Assembly: GCA_907165135.1 (NCBI GenBank)
Contig: OU015569.1
Span: forward strand, 3,844,001 to 3,908,000
Direction of reading: 5' to 3'
From: Oikopleura dioica
Lineage: Eukaryota > Animalia > Chordata
Length of the DNA stretch: 64,000 nt
Below the pieces are notes generated by a model, which was not told the DNA's origin, searched no databases, and worked only from the letters and a program-made list of their open reading frames with translations. A program made the position numbers and the translations under genes. Position 1 is the first letter of the stretch; the number at the start of each line of letters is the position of its first letter. Below are positions 23,101 to 35,317 of the stretch, in pieces.

Positions 23101-24088
23101 CATACATCGTGGTCTATTAATAACGAAAATTAATAACCAATAATGCTAATTAGATTCGCCTCAAACTCGTTCGACGAAAATAGCCGCAAGAAATATTTTA
23201 TGAGAAAAAAAAACGTTGGGGATGTCCGTTTTTGACCATGACCGGGAGTAATTATTTAATTTTTACTTGATTGACAGATAAAACGTACGTTACATCCCTA
23301 ATGGAATTATTATCGTGAAGAAGTACTTAATGGAAGTGTATTTAGCAACGGGTACGTGGAACATCTCCCATCACTGGAACTTTCCGGCTGTCAAGTCTAG
23401 CTTGACAGACTGTGACGTCAAGCTCGGAACCGCTACCGGAACGCGGCCGTATAAATCATGTTCGAACTTTTTTTAATTTTAAATAATTCAACTGTTGATA
23501 GACCCTCGGAAAACATGAAATATTGTGTATTTTTGTTCGATACCTGAGTCCATTTTCAGGTGTTTCTGTTGGACAGCCACAGATGACAGTAGCTCCTTGA
23601 CGCCATCTATTGCAGACATGACCCGTTTTGCTGAAGTCCACCTTAGAGGCACAGTCGTCTAGGCTGTTTTCGTTGCCCTTGCAGCCTACATGATTGTAGA
23701 AGACGGGCAAGTCGTCGGCTGGACCGAACTCGGGCCGTGACAGTGCAATAACTCTGTCCACGTGATAGCCAAGTTGTCTACATACAACTTTATAATGGTC
23801 AACTTCATGTATATTCATTTATAGCGCTTGGCATTTCGATTGGCATCTGCTCAAAATCCAAGTGCACCACCCTCCATTTCAAGGGTAATTTTTCAAGCTA
23901 CTGCAGAACTCAAACGTTTTGTTAACCATTTCCTTGTGCATCATCACGATCCCATTGGAATCCGCAAACAGTGCCCCACTGGCCATTCTGGGCAACTTCG
24001 ACGCGGCCCATATAGTCCAATGTAGAGCCTTTTAATCTGATAGTTCCATCGGGCAAGCCTTCCGCCGAGTCCGATATCGAATCGTTTG
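20188..24088 (-). CDS. Mosaic trypsin-like serine protease: SRCR - CCP/sushi - trefoil - EGF - S1 peptidase (5' end not found)
   Basis: Activation site R-IIGG; catalytic [13 protein letters not shown] and [10 protein letters not shown] (Asp in S1 pocket); [25 protein letters not shown] (SRCR); [11 protein letters not shown]...C.NG.W (CCP); trefoil Cys spacing; CQNGGRC (EGF). Stop TAG at 20188-20190. Confidence 0.88.
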
Positions 24089-24789
24089 CTTAAGTTCTCG
24101 GCTTTAGTAAAAAATTATTAACACAAAGTCGATAAAGATTATTTAAAAATGAAAGAAACCCGTGCAGAACTAGTCTATCACCGTGCAGAATTCAATTTTA
24201 AAGAAAGAACTTGCTATCTTTAAAGAAGCTAACCACTGATTAGCCCACAGAACTCCTATCTTTGAACCTCAGATCATTTCTTTTAAGAAAAAGGAAAGAA
24301 AATTTGGCAGAACTAGTAATTGCTTCGGTGACCGATCGGAACAAACCTAGATTGATGCGTCAAGAAGATATTTTGTAAATAAAAATAAAGCTCTTGAAAT
24401 TGGGGCTTTTGAATTCTTGAGGTTTCAAAGCTACCAGCAGCGAATATTATGCAAAAGTGGCGGTTCATCGAAGCGAACAAAATAACTCACCCTAGCCACC
24501 ATATCCACCACGAATTATGCTACGCCGATTGTTGCTGCCCACCGATACGTGGCAAGAAAATACTATTATTGCAAACAAGTCGATTGGTTCAAAATGTATT
24601 TGTATTTTCCCTCGTTGTAAAAATTAAAGGGGTGGTTTGACAAGCTTATGCCTCAAGATTAGATAATAGCGCGTAATTATGGAAAGAAAGAGCTACTTGG
24701 GCCCGCTCTCAAGAATCTAAATAATGCTTCTCATCGACCAAATCAAATTGCGAGCGGCGGTGTTTACTCTTCGCAAAATTTAGAATCTC

Positions 24790-25135
24790 TCACTGACTTT
24801 GGTCATATTTTAGCAAATAGGTTTTACCGTTTTTTGATTCCGCTGCATGTTCTTTGTCGACATCTGGTAGTTTAAATTGAGAAGTGTTTATGATGAGACG
24901 ATTCTGAGGCAGTAACCGCGAGTTGCCCAGCTTCTTCAGCGTCTTGTGATCTGGAGGGATGTAGGGCACTTCCCAGCTAATCTTACCTAAAAACCGTAAC
25001 ATGAAAGGTGTTTCTATGGAAAATCGTGTTTCTGTGTTTGATATGAACCTATGTGCCCAACTCCATAAGGGCGTCTTCGTATGCTTCGTGCTCCGCGAGC
25101 TCGTCGTTCATCAGCTTAAATTCATTGTTTATAGC
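24790..25135 (-). CDS. Probable internal exons of an unidentified gene (possibly the protease 5' part)
   Basis: Open frames LAINNEFKLMNDELAEHEAYEDALMEL and KISWEVPYIPPDHK...LLKYDQ are joinable through a GC-AG intron; no family recognised. Confidence 0.3.
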
Positions 25136-26438
25136 CAAACTAACTGGTTAAATCATATAAAAGAATTATTGCCTACATCTAAATACAAAATCTAAAATTT
25201 GCGGAGCTTTCGATAGTGGTCTAAAATAGAGCAGTTTGTTTTTTGCAAGGGTAGAATCCATTTAAGAGTTTATTTTTAAATGTTTTGGCAATTAGAATGA
25301 GCTAGTCTAGCGATAACTTTGAGTGGTCAATAAATCAAGCAGCGAATTTATAATTGTCGAACGAAAATGGATTGAAGTTGTTTACCTGATGTGGATGGAA
25401 ACGTGTGTAATCTCGGATTGATAAGGGTTGACTGAGGAACTTGAGAATGGAGATTGCCGGAGTATAAAGGAATGCGCGCGAATCATGTGACGCAAATTCA
25501 ACCCTTTCTAAAGCATAAGTTTTAGCGCGTTTTCGCCTGACAGTATAATCGCCACTTGTCCCTTTCTATTTGAGCGATTACTCTAAGAGCCTCATCTCGC
25601 TTCCCAGAGTACCATTTTGGGAAAACGTTACGCCACCTTAAGGGCATCCACTCGCAATTTTGTTTTTTCAGTGAATGCTTCAAGATTCACAAAACTATTT
25701 TCCCTTCGATAGACGGAGCAGAAAATAGCTGTTCCAGGGATTTAACGAAATTGCATGATAAGGGTCGAACTATGAAATTACGGGATCTTGGAGGAAAACG
25801 AAATTACACAACATGACTTTTGCATATCTCTAAGGAGACTAAGCTCGAAACTCAAAAATTGATAGAACTTATTGGATTTGCATATTCGACGAATAAAACC
25901 CATCGAATAAGCCTTTCTCGAACTATTGTCAGTTACAATTCAACAATGATATTAGATGATGTAAATCTTGTAGACAGCGACGCTTCATGGATGAGCTGGA
26001 ATTTGACCGTTTGAATTTGAACTGATCACATTTTAACGAGTGGAAAATAATCTCTGCGTTGATGGCCAGAAAATATACAAAAATTGACAGCCGTGTCTAA
26101 TTAGCTGCTTATTGAGACCGTAAAGATCTAAATGTTAAATAAACATATTCTATCGATCAATAGATGCGCACTCTAAGGAAGTTGTGAAGGATCACTTTCT
26201 GTGGCTTCCTCCGCTGCTCTAGAAGATGAGCAGTGAGCGGATGGAAGCCACTTTGCATAACCACCCAGTCACTATCTAAATCTGATTGACTGATTAATTC
26301 GCGCCCAAGACCGCAGTTACCAAAGTCAATTTGACAAAAGCAGATAAAATTAGTCGCCCATTTCTAATTTTTCAAAGGGCAAAAACATAAAGATTTATCG
26401 GAGAGAAAGAAAGGGATAGCTTCTACAGGCCTGGACTA

Positions 26439-26626
26439 ATTTTGAGTCGCGATAGGCGACGTCATAGCAGCGCCTCAGCCAGCTATCGAGAATTCCTATC
26501 ATCTGGCCCACAAATCAGAAGGCTCACATTTGCGCGCGTTTTAAACTTCATCCTTGGGCCGGACGATAGGAATTCTTGATAGCTGGCTAAAGCGCTGCTA
26601 TGACGTCGCCTATCGCGACTCAAAAT
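26439..26626. mobile_element. 188-bp foldback/MITE-like element
   Basis: Arms 26439-26510 and 26555-26626 are inverted copies; the outer 35 nt are perfectly complementary; 44-nt spacer; no clear TSD. Confidence 0.8.
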
Positions 26627-28470
26627 CCCTTATCAGGCGCAAAGAGCCACTGTGGGCATGTGACGCGTATCTTACCTTGAGAAATGAATACTAAAGCGGC
26701 AAGTTATTGAAGAGCTCCTTTTGCGATGTATTCTAAAAGGCAGGCGATACAAACCTATTGCTGCGGTGTAAAATCTGTTTCTCAGCTGAGCGACCGGTGA
26801 ACCGCTCGATTCATAAACGGTTTATCGGTAATGCTACAGTAACGGTTGTGTAAACTCGTTGGGTGCGCCACACGTCCCGCTTGCATCTGTGCTTATCGCG
26901 AAAATAGTGTGACAGATTCCGGAGTGGGTTAGATTGATGTTGTGATTATGGCATAATCGAAATGTAATTAATTGGGATAGAAACGGGCAGATGGCGCAAT
27001 CCCTAACTCTGTTTAGACTTTAAGAGAGTCACCGTTTATAAATCAAGCAGTTTGAGTGTAAACAATCATTCACCGAAAGCGATCGCTTTCTTCCGGATCT
27101 TTCTAAGAAATGTCCGGAAATACTTTTCCCTGAAACAGCGCGTGAAAAACTTTTCATCCAGTCCTTTGTACAACTTAGCGCCATTGAGGCCAAAAATCAG
27201 TGTGCTAACCAGTAGGTAGCATTTGAGCATATTATTTTGGAGCAGTTGTATTCTATGTAAGTTCTTCTATGTGCTCACAGAAGGAAAATTTATTAGTTAT
27301 GTTTCTTGGAGAGACGATTCGTAGCAGAACCTTCGCAGTTTCTAGGCCTCTTACTCTCTATTTCAAAAGTCTCTTATGTTTCTCTTAGAGTTTTTAAGGT
27401 TTTAGTAAAAAATTAACGGAATCTGTCACAAGTTGCTATCCGAAGTTTATTTAAGATTCAAGTACAATGGAAAAAAATGCCATATCAATCTCTATTGGTA
27501 GGAGCGTGGGAGCAAGAATTTTCGCGCAACAGCGAGCGCCGCCTATCGCGATGCCGCGCCGCTCAGAGGGCGCTTTAGAGCAAAATTACATTCAAAAAAT
27601 TATAGAAATAAGAAAAGAGATTGGGCGATGGTCAGTCTCTCTCTTCTGGAAGATCAATTTCTCCATGATTATCAAAGCAGAAGAAGTCAACCATCATGGC
27701 ACGACTTCCAAGAACAGATCATTAATGGAGTTGCTATTTAGACGCGGAACAAGCTCTTGCTACCAGAAACTGCTCGTCTCCTTCGAATCCATTTTGTTCG
27801 CACGATGTTCATGTACACTGTGACTCCGTGTTGCTTCAATTTAACTCGACCAATTATTGGTTTTGACAAGTTACACAAAATAAGATAATAAGAACGTAGA
27901 ATTTCACTCTTATGTAGCTCACGATCGTCAATTTCTTGTGTCCGGGACGGCTCAATTCTAAAAAAAAAGCGCAAGAAAGAAGGCTTGCGCGAAGACGAAA
28001 TGAAGACATCTGAGTTGAATGAAAAAATTGCAATAAAATTGCGGCGCGCATCGGCCCCTCTGAGCGGGACACCTTCTAAATTTGGGAATCTTGGCCGAAC
28101 TTGGCTCTTTGAAATAACTCGATCAAGTAAAAATTCAATTCAAAATTGAAAAAACGGAAAGTCGATTATCCATCGACCGCAGCGTGAACCACTGCAACAA
28201 CGAATTTGTTATATTCATGTTTAATGCGAATTTTCGATCGCCGGCAAAATCTCGGCATCGGCCTTTTTGAGGCTGCAAACGTGTGGAAGGCTTGTTGAGC
28301 ACTTAATTTAAATGAGACGAGGCTCAAATAATCCAGCTAAACTCGATGAGCGCTAGAAGCTTAGAGCGAATTAAATTTCCCATTGTCAATCCTTTTTAGC
28401 TCGAACGGCCTTCTCGGCCCAGTTTGATGTCATTTTCGACACTGAAATTCTCCAATAAATAATTAAACTA

Positions 28471-28628
28471 GGATCGGCAACCTGTGTAGAAGACCTGACT
28501 CGGGTTCTAAAGAGTTAAAATAGAAAGCCGCGAAGCGGCTTCGCAAAATGGCCTTTTCAATTTCTTATAAAATATTTCTTATAACTCTTCAGAACCTGAG
28601 TCAGGTTTTCTATTCAGATTGCCGAGCC
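28471..28628. mobile_element. 158-bp inverted-repeat element with internal GAA mini-hairpin
   Basis: 47-nt arms (28471-28517, 28582-28628) match 40/47; the spacer contains AAGCCGC-GAA-GCGGCTT at 28525-28541. Confidence 0.7.
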
Positions 28629-31600
28629 CAATAATGAAATATTCTTGTTGCTATGTAACACAGCGTTTAAAAGGAGCGACAAGGGATTATCCACGTTTGA
28701 AAGGCTAATTTACAAACAAAAGTGTCTAAGCGAAAATTAGATATCTTCTCTGCACCTTGCGATTTGCATAATATCAGAATAACTGAATTTAAGTTATCCC
28801 TTTGTGTTGGCTGACACTTGGCGAGAGTGTTTACGATTTATGTCTCTTCGTTTGGAATAACTATTCTTTGCTTAGTTTTTTTGATAATCGCTGCAACGCG
28901 ATTACGCGCTGTAACACTTCTAGCGCGATTTACCATTCCATCCGCAGCAAATCTTTTATGCATTTTGAGTACATAATTTGTCGCGGCGCTAAGACAATCC
29001 GGATATCATTTGTCGCATTGCAAAACACGTGCACAAACACGTCTTGTTCATCAAACAACTGCAATCGAATTCCCACTATTCAACACGTTTTGCCACATGC
29101 CGCCTTAATGCCGCATTACAATTTCCATATTAGCGAAGAATCGGAACCCGCTTTCTCAAGAATCGCTTCCGAGCTAATCTCATTTTTTGGGGTACCGACG
29201 ATTTTCAGAATAAAAAGACGTTTTTGATAATTGAAGATTTTAAATTGGAGAATTTTCGTTTTGGAAAAATCGTCGTTTTTCTGAATCGTCCTTATTTAAA
29301 ATTGCGCTATTTTTCAATTTAGAGGAAAGTACAACGAGTGTCTCTTACAACATGGCGAAAATGTCGTACGCTGTCGGGAATGCAGCGTCGAGTAGGTATC
29401 TAGTTATTTTGAAGGGTCGACGCCCCAGACGGAAATGTCGAAAAGAGTTGGCAGGGGAGATTGACCTCTCGGTTGGAGAAGACGATTCCGGATTCCAAGA
29501 AAAAAGCACGGCGACGGTGAGAAAACTCAGCTGCGCAGCACTCCAAAATCTCGACACATTTCAAGTCCAGCGACGCAATCAGTCCGACTCACCCTCCTTC
29601 GGAGCAGGCTCAAATCTGTTCTTGTTGGAAATTTTTGAAGCGACAAAGATGCGACAGGTGAAAAAATGCACACGTTGCTTGTCCACATCACGTGTCGAGG
29701 AAGCACTTTGTTTTCGCAGTTCTAGCTCTGCGTCAAACTATTTCCGCCCGGTTATGTATAGTCTCTCGCCGGTGAGATAATATATTATCTGGTGAGAAGC
29801 GACTGCAGCGGACAGAGTTAAGCTCGGATATTCGCCTCGTTTGCCACTTTTCAAACAATTTGGAGTCGATCGTTCTAAACTTTTTTGATTCAGAGTTTTG
29901 GCTCGGAATTCCAAGTAGCGGAAATTCTAGAGCCCGGCCTTAGAGATATCCCCTGCCTCTGGAGATGCGAAAAGCCACTTGTTAATTAGGGCGAAATTAT
30001 ATAAGTGGCTGTGGGTCTTTAACTTCAAACGTGAAATGATTTTAGCTTGCAGGTGCATCTAAAAGCAATTTCGAATCTCGGCCAAAAGCGCTGTGAAATC
30101 TTAATTTCACTTTAAAACTCGCCCTTTATATAAAACCATCAAAGAACACGTTTCCAACTGTAAGCTCGCGCCGGCGAATGTTTTCGTCATTATTGCCGAG
30201 CAGTATTTTTGATAAAGACTACACGTGTTCGATGAGCACTTTCTTGTAAATTATTTAGACTCAGCGTGGTTGACTTCACCTGGCCGGCCCTATTAACATT
30301 CAAAGTGAAAATTCTTTTGGTCAATAGCCTATAAGCCGGCGACATTGCATGATTCTCCACGGTTATGTTTTCTCCCTAAATTGCCGCGACCAATCCACGA
30401 GAAATTTACTCAACTCAGCCGACATTCCAACTTCGTCTCAAATTTGCAAATGGCCATCAGGTCTGGGAAAAGGATGCTTATAGGGCCATGGCGTTGATTC
30501 TTGACTTGGCACTTGGCTTCTGTTTTGACAATAGCATTTGCCTGCTCATGGAATATAGAATATGCTCAAGAGAACAAATATGCTACGCATAGCGTTTTCG
30601 CCCGAATAAGAAACACTTTTGTCGTGCAGCTAATGTTGTACTTCGGAATAAAAACGACTGAGGTTCAAATGTTCTGACACGAGAAACAATCTCAGATCTT
30701 GAATTGTTGTACTGCTCCGACATGAATTCTGCGGCCATTTATTATCAAACGAAAATGATGAGTTAATATTTTTTGGAAGTGGATTTTAATAGAACCCTTT
30801 CGCCGCCCGAAGTAAACGCTAAAATGCCGTAGGCTCGGGTGAATCCGGCTTAGGCGCACAGGTTTCCTGTATATTATTCTATCTGATGATGGAAATCCCA
30901 CAAAGGCCAACTGCTTTACATCCTAAAACAGAGAAATCGGTGTGTGTTTATTCTTCTGGAACCGAAACTAGTCCTTTGCGGTTGTCAATTACAATCTTAA
31001 TCATGCTAGCGCCAATCTGCCCTTGTTGTACCTAAGTGGACTGATCAAATAAACTCTGGAACGCGCTCGTAATTCAAGAAAAAGAAACAGAGTAATTGGA
31101 GAGTGCTGCAAAGAGCTTAATTCCATCGTGCTGGACATGCCGTGAACCTAATTCTCCCAACGCGGCACCTATCGCTCACTGTTTGCTCAATCAAGCTTGC
31201 TTCTACGAAGAGGCGGACAGAGTTGCGTAGTTATAAAAGAAGGTCAGTTCCATGAATGAATGGTTACGTCGAGGCCGCCAATCAAGAGCATTCCCAAAGC
31301 TCGTAATCTCATAAATCCAGACGCCTGAGGTTAATTTGCGATAACAGGAACTACTAGAAACGTTTGCAAATACCGCCACAGTACGGTTTCACGACTGATT
31401 TGAATTTAAATAACTGATAAAAATTGTTACGGAAAATAATTGAGCGAGCATCTGATCGTTTTCTTGATCCGGTGATATGCGCGTGTGTTGTCTATTGAGC
31501 CTACTTATAGCTCAACGAGCAATTAACCTCACAAGATAAAGACGATCATTCTTATCGTTTAGGTTACTTTACAAGAGCGTGCCTTTCTCTCTTTCTTCCT

Positions 31601-31770
31601 AATGAAACAATATAATTAGCAAGTTCTTGCTTCATTTTCTATCTCGTGTTCTTATCACGCATCTCTTCCGCCTTGCTAGAAAATCAACTCTAACTTCTTC
31701 GAAAACATGTCTCGACCCCAGATCCTGTATTCAAAAATATTGTGTAATTTTTACTAATGCGTGTATTTTG

Positions 31771-32921
31771 CTACGGCGACTTTGCATCTAATAGCGAAAT
31801 TTCCTCGAAGGCGAAAGACCCAGCACCTGCGTACTCTGCTCTTACACGATTTTGATTTATCTCTCGAATACGTTCTGTGAACCGCAAATTAAAGCAACGT
31901 GCCAACGCGATCGCCTCTCGCTTCGATTCATTAAGTAATTCAAACTTGAGCGCTTTAGAAAGAAATACTTCATTGAATTTTACCATTTTCAAGGGGAAAA
32001 ATTTCAATTTCAATAGCGAAATTATAAAAAATCGACGTTTAAATTTATTTGATGTGTTCAGAGTTGAGTTTAGCCCTTTTTTAGAAATGTCTGATTGAGT
32101 TTGTCATGTCGACCAAGGCTAGGAACTGAGATTGAGGAGATTGAGGAGAGAGATCGTCGACGGGAATCCAGCTTAGGCTTCAACTCCACTTCTCGCAAAT
32201 AAGGCGCCATATCTTCATCGAGCGTATCAAGAGTGGTGATTTTTGGAGGAAAGAGAGCTTTTACATTTAATTCTTAAATAAAGTTCAAATATATTGCATT
32301 GATGTATGATTATCTTAACATAAATAGACTTAAAGTCATAAATTATGCGCATATTATGAACTTAGCGATTGTGGAAAAATATTTTCTCCTTTCAGTTTCT
32401 TCGGCTTGAATGGAGTTGTCGTCAATTAGGTCAAATTTAACATCAAGGAGTTTATGAAAGAAAATTTTTCTTTCCAAATCATCTCTTTTTTCTTTTATTT
32501 GCGAATTAGAATCAAGAATTTCGGATAATATCTTGCTCAATTGTTCGCGTTTATTTTTTTCTTCGGCATAGAGGACCTTAAGGTCGCCCTTGATGGCTTC
32601 GACATCTTGTATGAACCTTCTCTTCGCTATATCTGTGAGCTCTTCTTCGTATTGTTCGAGTTTTTCTCGTGATTCTAGTTGTTCCTTTCCTTGGCTAGTT
32701 TCAAAACAACTTATTTATGCAACAAAATAAAAAATAAAGCTTGTTATATAGCTATGTATAAGTATTCTTAAGCCAATTTCCTTCCCCACAGTGTCCAATT
32801 CTTCATCAGTTTTACGTTTAATTTCCTCAAGCTCTCGTGCTCTCTTGTCCAGGTCTTTAGATCGCTGTTTTTCCTCGTCTCGAAGTTGTCGGAGTCTTTT
32901 CTCTTCGTCGGACAAACTCAT
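31771..32921 (-). CDS. Multi-exon coiled-coil protein of unknown family (3' end uncertain)
   Basis: ATG at 32921 (MSLSDEEKRLRQLRDEEK...), then open exon-like frames EQLESREKLEQYEEELTD...LERKIF, LFPPKITTLDTLDEDMAPY... and FELLNESKREAIALARCF, separated by AT-rich intron-like gaps. Confidence 0.5.
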
Positions 32922-35317
32922 TTTTTGACAAATTTCAACTGAATCAAAATGAACGAGAGGTCATTCAGCGAGCGATCATTATCATTTCTCGGTTGCAGTT
33001 AGATGGCAGTAGCTGATTTACTGATTTAATTGCGAATGAATGGAGTTTTGCAATTATTTACGCGTCCCTTCCATTGGGTTAAAAAAGCAGCGGAGAGGAA
33101 TTTCGAGCAAAAATGTAAGGCTTCTAAAGTGCGTTTATCCGATGGAAGAAATTCCCGCCAGTGAGAGGCAGCTCCTGATAGCACATAGTTTGGAAATAGT
33201 TTTTAATTACCAGAAAACGATGCGCAATACGTGGCCGGGCATCGCCATTCGAAAGTTGGATTACACGCGGATTTTCGTTGTTGAGTAATTTTGCATGCAT
33301 ATTTCCGCAGGGAAAAGAATCCGCATCGAAATACAAGCAACAAGGATAAAACATCAAACGTGTAAAAATGGTAATTTGAAAATTCGCCAGTTCTGCACCT
33401 GAGAGCGGGCCACTGCGGTGCGACGTGGATACCGTAAAATTTCTTTACGAAAATCTTGAAAATTATTCGCCGACCGCAAAAAAATTTCACTCCCGCTGGC
33501 TGAAAATTTAAAGAAATACCGTTTAGAGCGTATTTGTAATTACTAATTATATTTGCAAGGACCTCTTCCCCTTCAGAATTGTCAAGCTACCTTCCGCCAG
33601 TCGCTTCCGAAGCGATACGAATGCGAATTGACGGATTAACTTAGAGAGAACAATTGATCCGACGGAAAGCACCATCGGATGGTCCAACCGAAATCGCCTT
33701 TCCTCTAGCAAGTAACATTTATTTTGGAAAATAATCGCAACAGTTACATCCTACACAAAGTTTCTTTATCTATCTGGCAAGCTTAACGGCTGACTCCGGA
33801 AGAAGCAATTTCAGGTTTGAATGCATTGTTTCCCAACTCCGGCTCGAGCAAACGAGCTCATGTAATCGCTAGAAATGCTTCATTGAAATTTATTTTGATG
33901 AGCTTGATGGATCACCTTGAAAACTCGAAACTGGGTGAGCCACTCAGTTTATGCTTATCACTTAAAAAGGCGAAAACTGGAGCTTGAATTTTAAATGGTT
34001 CAGTTTTCTGGAGATTCGTTTATAACTTGAAAAAAATAGAATCAATGATTCGAGGTCAATAGAGTTTTCACGTGGTCTTGTCCGATTTTCTCGTTTTTGC
34101 AGAAGAAGCGGTTGACCCAACATGCCACAGAATAGCCACAAGTTCAACTAAAAAGGTTTCCGTCTGTTTCTAGTTCATTCGCCTTGAAGATAGTTAGGAA
34201 AACATATTTGCGTGAACGGTGTGATGATCGCATACTGTCAAGATACTGTCGATGCGCCCAAATACTGAAGACAGTAGAGAGTTATCAATAACTACCTAGA
34301 ATCGATACTGGCTCGAATAGAGCAACCAAACGAAAGAAGAAGCCGAGTGTCGCCGGGCGAGTCTCAGTTCCTCTTATCGCCACTTATGTTGGTCTCAATT
34401 TGACGATAGAATGATCTTCCGCAATTGGCGACTATTTGCAGCGCAAACTTTCCATCGACCATACTTTTCTCGAGAGCGATAGGATATCGTTCTGATAGTA
34501 AGGAATACTTTGATCTGACGTCGTTCCGAATTATTAACGGAAGCTCATTCTGAATAATCAGAATCAGTTTGTCAGTCCAGATTCCGTTCGTTCCTGGTAA
34601 CACTGCTTACACTTGTGAAGAGCTACTTGGACGAATTATCATACTGCTGAAGATTGCATTCATGTTAATCAAATTCTAGCTTTTTTTTTCTTCGCGTTTC
34701 GAAGATAATAACTAGGCAGAGCGCCAGAAAATTGGATTGAGTTCTTTTTAAATCTGAATCTTTTCCGCAGCTGAGCTATGACATTTCTTACAGGAGCATG
34801 TTTGCCATGCTTTCACAAGAATTCCTTTGAGTCTAAATTTTAAGAAGAGTTTTGCAGTTAACTCCATCGAATTTACCTAGGCTCACTAAAAAAGACAGCC
34901 CAGGAATGGTTACTTTCCCACAGATGCTTCTATAGAACGACAGGCATCTGTAATTATTTTGGGATAGAACTTGTCATCTTAAATTAAAGAAAAAAAGTTT
35001 TGATCGCCATGTTGCAAAGTTAGTAACGCTGAATTCATTGAATCCATTGACAATGGATCTATTTTTTCTTCTTCGAAGATGATTTTGATGATGGTGTTTG
35101 CACTTTTATTATTATTATCGTAATTGTTCTTCTTTTTCACCCGTTGTCAAGGAAAGAAAAGAACTTTCGTTTTTCTTTTGGTGGCGCTCTTCAAACAAGC
35201 AAGGGAAGGAATCGAAGTTTACAGAGAATACAGTAGCACAGAGCACACTTCAATCTCCTTCTGAACCAGTAGTTCCATACACAGTTAAAGAAGCGATAAC
35301 TTAAGACATTCGAGAAT

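Noticed and set aside
27467-28072. Overlapping short ORFs and a 12-bp inverted match (CCGCTCAGAGGG / CCCTCTGAGCGG)
   Set aside because: No consistent exon chain or family motif; the inverted segments are rearranged and too short to define an element.
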